Shown here piece after piece: positions 42,205 to 53,693 of a stretch of DNA of 64,000 bases. Both the position numbers and the translations under genes were made by a program. Each line of letters begins with the position of its first letter. Positions within the stretch are counted from its first letter, which is position 1. The notes below the pieces were generated by a model. The model had not been told where the DNA came from. It did not search any database and saw only the letters and a list, made by a program, of their open reading frames with translations. The DNA is from Myxococcota bacterium (GTDB taxonomy: Bacteria > Myxococcota_A > Polyangia > Nannocystales > Nannocystaceae), in assembly GCA_039028615.1 (NCBI GenBank), contig JBCCHT010000043.1, forward strand, positions 41,503-105,502. The letters are read 5' to 3'.

Positions 42205-42222
42205 TTGTCACACGGCTGTCAC
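42205..42222 (+). promoter_or_regulatory. Pho box upstream of pstS
   Basis: TTGTCAC-ACGG-CTGTCAC matches the PhoB consensus CTGTCAT-N4-CTGTCA(C/T). Confidence 0.8.
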
Positions 42223-42251
42223 GAAGCAATGCCAGAACCGGGGCCGACATC

Positions 42252-43262
42252 ATGCGTCGTGTTTCCTCGACTACGTTCTCGCTCGGCCTCGTGCTCGGGC
42301 TCCTGGTCACGGGCTGCGGTTCTGGTGGAAAGGCCTCTGGTGATGCCGTCGCCGTCGACGGATCCAGCACGGTCTTCCCCATCACCGAGGCGGTGGCTGA
42401 AGAGTTTCAGAAGACCGGCAAGGGCCGCGTCACGATCGGTGTCTCGGGCACCGGCGGCGGCTTCAAGAAGCTGTGTAAAGGAGAGATCGCGGTGAGCGGC
42501 GCCTCGCGTCCCATCAAGCCCTCCGAGGTCGAGCTGTGTGGCAAGGGCAACATCGAGTACATCGAGCTGCCCGTGGCCTACGACGGCATCGCCGTCACCG
42601 TGCACCCGGACAACGACTGGGCCGCCAGCATGACGGTGGAGGAGCTCAAGAAGCTCTGGGAGCCGGAGGCGCAGGACAAGGTCATGAAGTGGAGCGACGT
42701 CCGAGAGGGCTGGCCCGACGACGAGATCCACCTCTTTGGCCCCGGCGTGGACTCGGGCACCTACGACTACTTCACCAAGGCCATCGTCGGCAAAGAGCAC
42801 TCCAGCCGCGGTGACTTCACCTCCAGCGAAGACGACAACGTCCTCGTGCAGGGTGTCTCCACCGACAAGGGCGCGCTCGGGTTCTTCGGCTTCGCCTACT
42901 ACAAAGAGAACTCCTCCAAGCTCAAGCTCGTCCCCATCGACGACGGCAAGGCGGACAACGGCGACGGACCGATCGCTCCCTCGCTGGAGACGGTCGCCAA
43001 CAGCACCTACCAGCCGCTGTCGCGCCCCATCTTCGTCTACGTGTCCCGCAAGGATGCCGACCGCGCCCCCGTGGCCGCGTTCATCGACTTCTACCTCAAG
43101 GACGGCACCAAGCTCGTCGAAGAGGTCGGCTACATCACCCTCCCCGACAGCGCCTACGCCCTGGTTCGCGAGCGCTTCTCCTCGAAAACGACCGGCTCGC
43201 TCTTCGGCGGCGAAGGATCTCGCGTGGGCGCCTCGGTCGAGCAAGTCCTCGCCAAAGGCTAG
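42252..43262 (+). CDS. pstS: Phosphate ABC transporter substrate-binding lipoprotein
   Basis: VTGC lipobox, [29 protein letters not shown]. Confidence 0.95.
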   Translation: MRRVSSTTFSLGLVLGLLVTGCGSGGKASGDAVAVDGSSTVFPITEAVAEEFQKTGKGRVTIGVSGTGGGFKKLCKGEIAVSGASRPIKPSEVELCGKGNIEYIELPVAYDGIAVTVHPDNDWAASMTVEELKKLWEPEAQDKVMKWSDVREGWPDDEIHLFGPGVDSGTYDYFTKAIVGKEHSSRGDFTSSEDDNVLVQGVSTDKGALGFFGFAYYKENSSKLKLVPIDDGKADNGDGPIAPSLETVANSTYQPLSRPIFVYVSRKDADRAPVAAFIDFYLKDGTKLVEEVGYITLPDSAYALVRERFSSKTTGSLFGGEGSRVGASVEQVLAKG

Positions 43263-43271
43263 CGACTCACC

Positions 43272-44186
43272 ATGGCCACGGACCCTCCCTCCATTCTCCG
43301 GACCCGGTCCGCGGTCTCCGGCGAGCGAATCGTAGAGCGAGTCCTGCTCGCCTGCGGTCTGCTGTCGATCCTGACCACGGCCGCCATCGTGGCCGTGCTC
43401 TTCTTCGAGACCTTCGAATTCTTCTCGGAGGTCTCGATCTTCGAATTCTTCGGCGACACCCAGTGGACGCCGCTGTTCGTAGACAAGCACTTCGGCATCT
43501 GGCCTCTCGTCTCCGGCACCCTGCTGACGTCGGCCATCGCGATCGGGGTCGCGCTTCCCTTCGGGCTGCTCGCGGCCGTCTACCTCGCCGAGTTCGCCCG
43601 CCCCAACGTGCGGCGGGTGCTCAAGCCGACGCTCGAGCTGCTGGCGGGCGTGCCGACCATCGTCTACGGCTACTTCGCCCTGGTCGCCCTGACCCCCGTG
43701 CTCCAGAAGCTCGTCCCCGACCTCGCGGGCTTCAACGCCCTGAGCCCGGGCATCGCGATGGGCATCATGATCATCCCGATGATCTCCTCGCTGAGCGAGG
43801 ATGCCATTCACGCGGTGCCCCAGAGCATGCGCGAGGGCGCCTATGCCCTCGGGGCGGGACGCATCCAGACCATCTTCCGGGTCGTGCTCCCCACCGCCAT
43901 GTCGGGCATCGCCGCCTCGGTGGTGCTGGCCATCTCTCGCGCGGTGGGCGAGACGATGATCGTGGCCATCGCGGCGGGTCAGCAGCCTCGCCTCACCGCC
44001 GACCCGCGGGTCCCGGTGGAGACGATGACCGCCTACATCGTGCAGGTCGGCCTGGGTGACACCCCGACCGGAACAATCGAGTACCGCACCATCTTTGCCG
44101 TCGGCGCGACCTTGTTCCTCATGACCTTCGTCATCAACATCGCCAGCCAGCGACTGTCGCGTCGCTACCGGGAGAGCTACGGATGA
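43272..44186 (+). CDS. pstC: Phosphate ABC permease
   Basis: [29 protein letters not shown]. Confidence 0.95.
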   Translation: MATDPPSILRTRSAVSGERIVERVLLACGLLSILTTAAIVAVLFFETFEFFSEVSIFEFFGDTQWTPLFVDKHFGIWPLVSGTLLTSAIAIGVALPFGLLAAVYLAEFARPNVRRVLKPTLELLAGVPTIVYGYFALVALTPVLQKLVPDLAGFNALSPGIAMGIMIIPMISSLSEDAIHAVPQSMREGAYALGAGRIQTIFRVVLPTAMSGIAASVVLAISRAVGETMIVAIAAGQQPRLTADPRVPVETMTAYIVQVGLGDTPTGTIEYRTIFAVGATLFLMTFVINIASQRLSRRYRESYG

Positions 44187-45043
44187 GCAACGACTCCCGC
44201 CCCCCCAGCCGCTTCGCCGAGGTGCTGCTGCGCGTCCTGTGCCTGGGCGCCGCGGTGCTGCCGGTCCTGCTCCTGCTCGCCCTCATCGTCGACGTGGCCC
44301 AGCAGGCCAGCGGACGCTTGAGCTGGGAGTTCGTCACCAGCTACCCGTCGCGACACGCCGAGAAGGCCGGCATCCTCCCCGGTATCGCGGGGAGCCTGTG
44401 GCTCATCACCATCACCGCCGGGGCCGCGTTGCCCCTCGGGGTCGGTGCGGCGCTCTACCTCGAGGAGTACGCCAAGCGCGGTCGCCTGGCGAACCTGATC
44501 GAGGTCAACCTGGCCAACCTGGCCGGCGTGCCCTCCATCATCTACGGCCTGCTCGGCCTCGAGCTGTTCGTGCGCTTCATGGGCATGGGCCGCAGCCTGC
44601 TCGCGGGCGGCCTCGCCATGGCGCTGCTCGTGCTGCCCGTGGTGATCATGTCCTCGCGCGAGGCGCTGCGCACCGTCCCCACGCAACTTCGTGAGGCCGG
44701 CATGGCGCTGGGCTCCACCCGCTGGCAAGTGACGCGGCAGATCGTCCTGCCCATGGCGATGCCCGGCATCCTGACCGGTGCCATCCTCGCCATCGCCCGC
44801 GCCATCGGCGAGGCGGCGCCGCTCATCCTGCTCGGTGCCCTCACCTACGTCGATTTCCTGCCCGACGGCGTCAACTCGCCGTTCACCGTGCTGCCGATCC
44901 AGATCTTCAACTGGGTTTCTCGTCCCCAGCCCGGCTTCGTCATCGCTGCGGCCGCCGGCATCATCGTTCTCCTCGTCACCCTGCTCTTCCTGAGCGGAAT
45001 CGCGATCTACCTGCGAAATCGCTTCGAGCAGCAGCGGGGTTAG
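44183..45043 (+). CDS. pstA: Phosphate ABC permease
   Basis: [27 protein letters not shown]. Confidence 0.95.
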   Translation: MSNDSRPPSRFAEVLLRVLCLGAAVLPVLLLLALIVDVAQQASGRLSWEFVTSYPSRHAEKAGILPGIAGSLWLITITAGAALPLGVGAALYLEEYAKRGRLANLIEVNLANLAGVPSIIYGLLGLELFVRFMGMGRSLLAGGLAMALLVLPVVIMSSREALRTVPTQLREAGMALGSTRWQVTRQIVLPMAMPGILTGAILAIARAIGEAAPLILLGALTYVDFLPDGVNSPFTVLPIQIFNWVSRPQPGFVIAAAAGIIVLLVTLLFLSGIAIYLRNRFEQQRG

Positions 45044-45046
45044 ACG

Positions 45047-45880
45047 ATGATGCAGCAGCCGACCACGCACGCCCGGCCCTACCGAACGGCGGAACCAGAC
45101 CGAGACATGGCGACCGAAACGAACGGAATCAAGTTCCGCACCAAGGATGTCAAAGCCTGGTACGGCGACAACCAAGTCCTCCACGACGTCTGCATGGGCA
45201 TCGAGGAGAAGGAAGTCACCGCGATCATCGGTCCCTCGGGCTGCGGCAAGTCCACCTTCATTCGGTGCCTCAACCGCATGCACGAGATGATCACGAACGC
45301 GCGCGTGACGGGTGCAATCGAGCTCGAGGGCCAGGACATCTACGATCCCGCGATCGATCCCGTGCTCCTTCGGCGCCGCGTGGGGATGGTCTTTCAAAAG
45401 CCCAACCCCTTTCCCACCATGTCGATCCGCGACAACGTGCTCGCGGGTTTGACCTTGACCCGTAGCAAAAAGCGCGACCAAGGGGACGCAATCGTTGAAA
45501 AGGCCCTCAAACAGGCCGCTCTTTGGGACGAAGTCCGCGACAAACTGGATGCGCGGGGTCTGAGCCTATCCGGCGGTCAACAACAGCGTTTGTGCATCGC
45601 GAGAGCGCTCGCCGTCGAGCCCGAGGTGTTGCTGATGGACGAGCCGTGCTCGGCGCTCGACCCGATCGCAACCGCGCGGATCGAAGACCTGCTCCACGAT
45701 CTCCGCGATCGGTATACGATCGTCATTGTCACGCACAACATGCAGCAGGCCGCCCGCGTCTCTCAGAAGACGGCCTTCTTCCTGCAGGGCGAGCTGGTCG
45801 AGGTGGATGAAACGAACACTCTGTTCACTTCACCCCAAGACAAGCGCACGGAAGACTACATCACCGGAAAGTTTGGCTGA
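45047..45880 (+). CDS. pstB: Phosphate ABC ATPase
   Basis: [45 protein letters not shown]. Start could be 45107. Confidence 0.95.
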   Translation: MMQQPTTHARPYRTAEPDRDMATETNGIKFRTKDVKAWYGDNQVLHDVCMGIEEKEVTAIIGPSGCGKSTFIRCLNRMHEMITNARVTGAIELEGQDIYDPAIDPVLLRRRVGMVFQKPNPFPTMSIRDNVLAGLTLTRSKKRDQGDAIVEKALKQAALWDEVRDKLDARGLSLSGGQQQRLCIARALAVEPEVLLMDEPCSALDPIATARIEDLLHDLRDRYTIVIVTHNMQQAARVSQKTAFFLQGELVEVDETNTLFTSPQDKRTEDYITGKFG

Positions 45881-45887
45881 GGCCGAT

Positions 45888-46580
45888 ATGAACCAACACA
45901 CCGCACGAGACTACGAGCAAGAGCTCCAGAATATCCGGGGCGCGTTGCTCGAGATGGCGGGGCGGGTGGAGGAGATGATCGCCGATTCCGGTCGCGCCCT
46001 CCTGGAGCGAGACGTCAACCTCGCCAAGCAGACCATCGCGACCGATCAGCAGGTCAACCGAGCCGAAGTCGAGATCGACGAGGCCTGCCTGCTGATCCTG
46101 GCCAAGCGCCAGCCCATGGCCTCCGACCTCCGCTTCGTCACCCTGGTGATGAAGATGGTCACCGACCTCGAGCGAATTGCCGACCTCGCCGTCAACATCT
46201 GCGAGCGCACGCTCGATCTGGCCAACGCCAAGGTCATCGTCCACGCCAGCATTCCCACCATGAGCGACCGGACCCAGAACATGGTCCACCTCGCCATCGA
46301 GGCCTTCGTCGAGCAAGACGAGGCCAAGGCCAAGGAGGTCATCGCCCTCGACGACAAGGTCGACGAACTCTACCACCAGGTCTTCGAGGATCTGCTGGTG
46401 CAGATGCACAAGGAGCCCGAGCTGCTGCACGACTGGATTCACGTGCAGTCGGTGGCCAAGTGGCTCGAGCGCATGGCCGACCACACGACCAACCTCGCCG
46501 AGATGGTCATCTTCATGGTTGCCGGTCACGACATCCGGCACCCGCACGTGCAAAAGGCCCGAGCTGCAGAAAGCGGCTGA
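45888..46580 (+). CDS. phoU: Phosphate signalling protein PhoU
   Basis: QPMASDLR, DLERIAD, LERMADH..N. Start MNQHT at 45888. Confidence 0.95.
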   Translation: MNQHTARDYEQELQNIRGALLEMAGRVEEMIADSGRALLERDVNLAKQTIATDQQVNRAEVEIDEACLLILAKRQPMASDLRFVTLVMKMVTDLERIADLAVNICERTLDLANAKVIVHASIPTMSDRTQNMVHLAIEAFVEQDEAKAKEVIALDDKVDELYHQVFEDLLVQMHKEPELLHDWIHVQSVAKWLERMADHTTNLAEMVIFMVAGHDIRHPHVQKARAAESG

Positions 46581-46598
46581 GCCCCCGACCCGCGCGGG

Positions 46599-48140
<1,542 letters not shown>

Positions 48141-48204
48141 CGTCGTCCCGCGATCCTATCACGGGGCCCCAGTCCTCCTCTGATACCCTCGCCCGTCCCC
48201 GCCG

Positions 48205-49086
48205 ATGACGCGCCCCTTCAAGATTCTCTCCGATTTCGATGGCGTCTGGACCCACGTGGGACTCGAAGCGCAGGTGCTCTACGAGCAGCTCGCCGACGAC
48301 CTCACCGCGCTGACCGGTCGCTCGCGAAGCGTGGTCCAGGCGGACGTCACCGCGCTGCGCCAGCGCGTGCTCGACGAGCCGCATCGCTACGGCTGGGCAC
48401 CCGATGGGCGGATCTCCGCCTACGCCGACGAAGATCCGCTGTGCGAGACCGGAGGCCTGAGCGCGCTGATCTCCACCGCCGACGACGACCTCGCCACGCT
48501 CTACCGCGACAGCATCCTGAAGCGCTGGCCTTCCCTCCCCGCCTTCGCCGAGAACGGCTTCGTCACCGCGATGGGTCGGTTTCGGGCCACCCACCCGCCC
48601 TCGATCGCCGAGGATGCCAAGCAGCAGCTCGAGGCGGTCAAGCAGCGGGGGGCCGAGGTCGTGGTCGTGTCCAACTCCGAGCCGGGCAAGCTCATCGCGT
48701 GGTTCCAGGCCGCGGGCATCGACGCGAGCGAGTCTCCGGGGCACGAGCTGCGGATCCGCGGCTCGGCCGGCAAGCAGGTCTTGGGCGGCGAGCGCTCGAT
48801 CGAGGTCCACGGCCGTCGCATCTACGTCGACCGCCCGCGCTATCACGAGGCGATCGAGCAGGAGCGGCCTCACCTCGTCATCGGCGACATCTTCTCACTC
48901 GACCTCGCGCTCCCCCATGTCATGCGCGAGGATGGGCACCCCGCCGCTCCCCGCATGCTCGCCCTGCGCCGTCACTCGCACACGCCCGCGTGGATCCTCG
49001 ACGACCGGGCGGCGGGAGCCATCGACCACGTCGTCGACCACTTCGGCGACCTGGCCCCCTTGATCGACTCGACCCCGGAGACCTGA
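48205..49086 (+). CDS. HAD-superfamily hydrolase
   Basis: Motif I DFDGV, motif II VVSNS, motif IV GDIFSLD. Confidence 0.75.
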   Translation: MTRPFKILSDFDGVWTHVGLEAQVLYEQLADDLTALTGRSRSVVQADVTALRQRVLDEPHRYGWAPDGRISAYADEDPLCETGGLSALISTADDDLATLYRDSILKRWPSLPAFAENGFVTAMGRFRATHPPSIAEDAKQQLEAVKQRGAEVVVVSNSEPGKLIAWFQAAGIDASESPGHELRIRGSAGKQVLGGERSIEVHGRRIYVDRPRYHEAIEQERPHLVIGDIFSLDLALPHVMREDGHPAAPRMLALRRHSHTPAWILDDRAAGAIDHVVDHFGDLAPLIDSTPET

Positions 49087-49090
49087 TCCC

Positions 49091-50503
49091 GTGCCGCAGT
49101 GGCTCGAAGACTTCGCCCCGATCTTGCTGCTCCTGGTGGTGATCGCGATCGTGATCAGTCGCCTGCCCCGCGTGGAGCTGGGCCACAGCGCGCAGTACCG
49201 CCGCCGTCGCGTCCGCAACTGGCTGCCGGTCGGGCTGCTCTACTCGTTCCTCTACATGGGGCGCTACAACCTCACCGTGGCCAAGGGCGTGTTCGGGGAC
49301 ATGCTCGACGCCTCGGGCACGCCGCTGATGACCAATGCCGACTTCGGCATGATCTTCGGCATCGGCACCGCGGTGTACGGGTTCGCGTTCCTCATCAACG
49401 GGCCCATCACCGATCGCATCGGCGGCAAGAAGGCCCTGCTCATCGGCGGCTTCGGAGCGGCGGCGGCCAACCTGGCCATGGGCTGGGTCACCGTCAACGA
49501 GTACACGGGCAACCTCCCGGTCGTGTTCTCGGTGCTCTACGGCGTCAACATGTACTTCCAGAGCTACGGCGCGGTGGCGATCGTCAAGATCAACGCCCCG
49601 TGGTTCGACGTCCGCGAGCGCGGGGTGTTCGGGGCGATCTTCGGCATCCTGATCTCGCTGGGCGTGTACTTCGCCTTCGACGTCGGCAAGATGATCGTCG
49701 ACAACTTCCCGCTCGAGTGGGTGTTCTTCGTGCCCACCATCGTGCTGACCATCGCCTGGCTCGCGGTGATGTTCCTGGCCGTGAACACCCCCGGGCAGGC
49801 CGGCTTCGACGACTTCGACACGGGCGACGCGTCCTCGGGCGAGGAGCACCTGCCGCCCGACCCCGCTCGCGTGGTCTTCGGCCGGATGTTCCGCAGCCCG
49901 ATCGTCATGACCATCGCGATGATCGAGTTCTGCAGCGGCTTCCTCCGCCAGGCGATCATGCAGTGGTACCGCACCTACGCCAAAGCGGTGGGTGAGACGG
50001 GGGCCTTCGTCTACGAGAACTGGGGCATGCTGCTGTGCTGCGCGGGCATCATGGGCGGCGTGTTCGCGGGCGTCATCTCCGACCGCGTGTTCCAGTCTCG
50101 CCGCGGCCCGGTCGCCGCGGTCCTGTACGCGGTGCTGCTCGTCGGCGCCATCGTGCTGTCCGTGCTGCTGGGCTCTCCCTTGCTCGGCCCGCTCATCATC
50201 TTCATGTCCATGGCCGTCATCGGCGTGCACGGCATGCTGTCCGGCACCGCCAGCATGGACTTCGGCGGCCGCCGCAACGCGGGCGTCGCGGTGGGCATCA
50301 TCGACGGCTTCGTCTACATGGGCACCGCGGTCATGTCCTTCACCTACGGCGCCATCCTGCCGGATGCCGAGGCCGGCGCCTCCCAGCCCGACGAGTGGCT
50401 GTGGTGGCCGATCGCGATGATCCCCATCGCCGCCCTCGGCCTCGTGCTCGCCCGGCGAGTCTGGAACGCCAAGCCCGAGCGCAAGACGCCGGCCAAGGCC
50501 TAG
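49091..50503 (+). CDS. MFS transporter, GlpT/OPA-like organophosphate carrier
   Basis: Y.GRYN, DRIGG, WF...ERG, ISDRVF..RRGP, GIIDGF.Y.G. Confidence 0.8.
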   Translation: MPQWLEDFAPILLLLVVIAIVISRLPRVELGHSAQYRRRRVRNWLPVGLLYSFLYMGRYNLTVAKGVFGDMLDASGTPLMTNADFGMIFGIGTAVYGFAFLINGPITDRIGGKKALLIGGFGAAAANLAMGWVTVNEYTGNLPVVFSVLYGVNMYFQSYGAVAIVKINAPWFDVRERGVFGAIFGILISLGVYFAFDVGKMIVDNFPLEWVFFVPTIVLTIAWLAVMFLAVNTPGQAGFDDFDTGDASSGEEHLPPDPARVVFGRMFRSPIVMTIAMIEFCSGFLRQAIMQWYRTYAKAVGETGAFVYENWGMLLCCAGIMGGVFAGVISDRVFQSRRGPVAAVLYAVLLVGAIVLSVLLGSPLLGPLIIFMSMAVIGVHGMLSGTASMDFGGRRNAGVAVGIIDGFVYMGTAVMSFTYGAILPDAEAGASQPDEWLWWPIAMIPIAALGLVLARRVWNAKPERKTPAKA

Positions 50504-50507
50504 GCAG

Positions 50508-52100
50508 GTGGCCGAGCAACGAGACCGCGTCGTCGTCTTGGTGCTCGTGCTCGGCGTCATCGCCATGCTCGGCATCCGCCTGCATGTGCTCGACGACGAG
50601 TTTCCCAACCCCGACATCGCGGGCATCGCCTACAACGCCGAGCTCATCCTCGACGGCGGTCGCCCCTACCTCGAGACGGTGGAGATCAAGCCGCCGGGGG
50701 CGTTCCTACTGACGGCGGCTTCGTTTTCGGTCCTCGGCCGTACGCTCGAAGCACTCCAGCTGTTTCACTTCCTGTGGCTCTGTGTGGGTGCGGTGGGGGT
50801 CTGGTGGGCCGCGATGGCCATTCACCACGACGACGAGCAGCCGCAGCTCGGGCCTCGGTGTGCGGCCATCGGGGTCGCCGTGTACCTCGTGGGCGCGGCG
50901 ATGTTCTCCTACAACTACTCGTCGTGGATGACCCCGGCCTATGCCCTGGCGGTGGGGGCCACACTGCGGGGGATGAAGCGCGACAGTCGCTGGCACCACG
51001 TGCTGGCGGGGGCGGCCGCTCTGGCCGCGGTGCTCATCATCCAGCGGGCGGCCGTGCTCGCGCTGGTCATGCCCGGGCTGTGGCTGTGGGCGCGCCGCCA
51101 ACAGTGGCCGGGCGTGCACCCCAAGCTCTGGGCGCAGTGGCTCGGCGGCGCGTTGCTGGTCGGGGTGCCGCTGGTGCTCTGGTTCGGCGTGGGCGAGGCG
51201 AGGGTCTTGTTCGACGCAGTGGTCCCGATCGGGGTCGGGGCCGACTACGCCGCGTCCGCAGACGGCAGCGCGCTCGGCTCCTTGGCGGCCGCGATCCCGC
51301 AGCTCGGCCGAGAGTTCTGGTGGCCCGCCGCCCTCGTGGGTGTCGCGGCCGTCGCCACGTTCATGGAGCGCGAGCGCGATCTCGGGGCGTGGTTCCCCGG
51401 GCTGTTATGGCTCGCCGCATCGATCGTGGGCGCCGGGCTCGGCGGGGGGCGCTACTACCTGCACTACCTCGTGCAGTACGCCCCCGCGCTGGCCTTGCTG
51501 GCGGCCTCGCCCGCGCTGGTGCGCGCTGGTCAGGCCGCAGCGCGCGACTCCGACGAACCCGGCCGCGTACGCGCCCGCATCCTGGTCGCCGTGGCCGCGC
51601 TGCTGTCTGTCGCCCAGCTCGGTGAGATCGGCCTCGGCCAGGGCCATCGCTACGAATCCATGGCCCGACGCCTGAAGGACGGCAAGACGGCGGCCCAGGC
51701 CGCGGGCGCCCACATTCGAGCGCAAACCACCGAAGACGACACCATCCTCGCGTGGGGATGGACCGCCTGGCGGGTCTACTACTGGGCCCAGCGCCGCAGC
51801 GCCACCCGGGTCTATAAGCCGCTCGGGAGTCTCACCACCTTCAACACGAACACCGCGTTCGACCCGGGGGAAGGGATCGTGTTTCGTGACGGCCCCCTGG
51901 CGGCGCAGGTGCTCGCCGAGTTCGATCGCCATCCGCCCGCGTACATCGTGTACAGCCCGTCGATGGTCCAGGCCTTCGGGGCCAAGCGCGAGCCGCTCGA
52001 AGACTTCGCCGGGCTGCGCGATCGCATCGCGCTCGGCTACGTGCCCGAGGCCCAATTCGGCGACTTGAGGCTGCTTCGGCGCCGCCCCGTGCCGCGCTGA
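50508..52100 (+). CDS. GT-C (ArnT/PMT-like) membrane glycosyltransferase
   Basis: NPD...Y, PY....EIKPPG, many TM segments, YLHY, C-terminal periplasmic domain. Confidence 0.7.
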   Translation: MAEQRDRVVVLVLVLGVIAMLGIRLHVLDDEFPNPDIAGIAYNAELILDGGRPYLETVEIKPPGAFLLTAASFSVLGRTLEALQLFHFLWLCVGAVGVWWAAMAIHHDDEQPQLGPRCAAIGVAVYLVGAAMFSYNYSSWMTPAYALAVGATLRGMKRDSRWHHVLAGAAALAAVLIIQRAAVLALVMPGLWLWARRQQWPGVHPKLWAQWLGGALLVGVPLVLWFGVGEARVLFDAVVPIGVGADYAASADGSALGSLAAAIPQLGREFWWPAALVGVAAVATFMERERDLGAWFPGLLWLAASIVGAGLGGGRYYLHYLVQYAPALALLAASPALVRAGQAAARDSDEPGRVRARILVAVAALLSVAQLGEIGLGQGHRYESMARRLKDGKTAAQAAGAHIRAQTTEDDTILAWGWTAWRVYYWAQRRSATRVYKPLGSLTTFNTNTAFDPGEGIVFRDGPLAAQVLAEFDRHPPAYIVYSPSMVQAFGAKREPLEDFAGLRDRIALGYVPEAQFGDLRLLRRRPVPR

Positions 52101-52116
52101 ACTACGCCCCGAGGGC

Positions 52117-52599
52117 TCACTCCTTGTTCTTATCCTCGCGCCCGCGGTTGCGCGCCCCGAGATAGCCCGCCGCCGCCCCGAAGCTGGTGGTGAACACCAT
52201 CTGAGCCGCATCGGCCCCCGGCATGACGATCCACGCCAGGCCCGAGGTCACCACCAACAGCAGCACCGACCCGATGATGCGCGCCTCTTGTCGGCGACGC
52301 TGCAGCCGCTGCTCGTGGCGGTGTCGCTGATCGGCGCGCTCGATGTTGTGACGATGTCGCTGCTCGCGGCGAGCGATGGACATGCGTCGCGACGCGAGCT
52401 CCCGCTCGAGCTGGCGGTCGTGCTCGACATTGGCCGAGCTACGCTCCTCGAGCGGAGGCGGCAGCGAGATCGTCTGCGTCCGCGGGGGCCGAGGCACGGG
52501 CTCCGAGCCCGTGCTCTGCAGCGGCGCCAGGTCGTCCAGCGGCTCCGGCGGCAGCTCCTGGGTCCGTTCTGGATCGAAGGGCTTGGTCATCGGCGCCAC
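52117..52599 (-). CDS. Small two-TM protein, DUF2335-like
   Basis: LPPP...EQRHRH..E followed by two TM segments. Start may be 52590. Confidence 0.55.
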   Translation of the reverse strand: MAPMTKPFDPERTQELPPEPLDDLAPLQSTGSEPVPRPPRTQTISLPPPLEERSSANVEHDRQLERELASRRMSIARREQRHRHNIERADQRHRHEQRLQRRRQEARIIGSVLLLVVTSGLAWIVMPGADAAQMVFTTSFGAAAGYLGARNRGREDKNKE

Positions 52600-52668
52600 C
52601 GGGAGCGGCGGCCGAACCTAGGCAACGAGGGCCCAGCGTCCGCGCGTTTTTGCCGACGACGACCCCAT

Positions 52669-52944
52669 TCACCATAAAAGTTCGACTGCTCGTTCCTCGT
52701 CTCCTTTCACCAATCGTACTTCGTAACCCTCTTCGCGCTGACGCAGGAACCAGTCGTAGAGGCGCAAGGCATTGCGTACCGCCTCGGCGTTGGACTGGGC
52801 TTCGCTTCGCTCGCGGATGCCCTCGAGCCGGGCGAACGCCGTGGAAGAGAAATCGATCTGGACCCTACGCCGTGCACGTTCGGAGCCCGTCGTCTCGCTA
52901 CCCGACTCCACTTTCAACGTTGCCGCCTTCGACCTGGTTCCCAT
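52669..52944 (-). CDS. Ribbon-helix-helix (CopG-like) DNA-binding protein
   Basis: RRVQIDFS (strand), AFARLEGI (helix), SNAEAVRNALRLY (helix). GAGG RBS before ATG 52944. Confidence 0.75.
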   Translation of the reverse strand: MGTRSKAATLKVESGSETTGSERARRRVQIDFSSTAFARLEGIRERSEAQSNAEAVRNALRLYDWFLRQREEGYEVRLVKGDEERAVELLW

Positions 52945-53052
52945 TTGTGCTTTCGTCCTCTCTTCGTCGCGTTCGCTGTCACGGGCAGCAGCCGGGAAAC
53001 GCCGCTCCCACTCCCGGAGCGACCCACCGACTGCGCCAAAGTCATTTCGCAC

Positions 53053-53274
53053 TCAGCGGATGGGTCGTTCCTCGTGCCGGAGCGGTTCGAGGTCCTCGAC
53101 GATCCATGTTTCCTCTGGACCCTCGTCCTCGTCCCACGACCGACGCGACTTGGGCCGCGCCGGCAACGTGGGGCCAGGCAGCGCTCGCTTCATGCGATCG
53201 CAATCCCGACCCGCCGAAGCCGACACTCCGCGTAGCCATCGCCCATCCGTCCTCGAACCACGTGCCACCACCAC
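53053..53274 (-). CDS. Possible 73-aa hypothetical protein
   Basis: AGGAGG immediately upstream of tandem GTG codons; co-oriented with the RHH gene; no recognisable motif. Confidence 0.3.
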   Translation of the reverse strand: MVVARGSRTDGRWLRGVSASAGRDCDRMKRALPGPTLPARPKSRRSWDEDEGPEETWIVEDLEPLRHEERPIR

Positions 53275-53693
53275 CTCCTAGACCAGACCGCTCACCTAAA
53301 CGCTTCACGGCCGCCGATCCTTTCGCGGAGGTAATGATAATCCTGATTTTATCCGAGGCCACTCCTGGTGCTCTCCGAATGAACCCCAAACATCATAAAG
53401 TTTGGAGTGATTTCGATTCCATTATTGATGATAACCGGAGTGGAGTTCAAGTCGCCCGCCCTCGAGCGCTCTGGGGTTAGCTTTTCAACTACATGAAATC
53501 ACATTACTAATATAGCAGCGCGGTTTCGCACGGCCCGTGGGCCACCTCGGGGTGCGAATCGACAGCGCGTACGACGTCACATCGTTGCGAACAAAAGCGC
53601 GTAGTGGGGCGAACGGGCCATGCATTCCCCGACGGCGGCGGACTCGCCTTCCGCCATTGAAACGACGCCGCGGTCACATGCAGCGACACGCAC

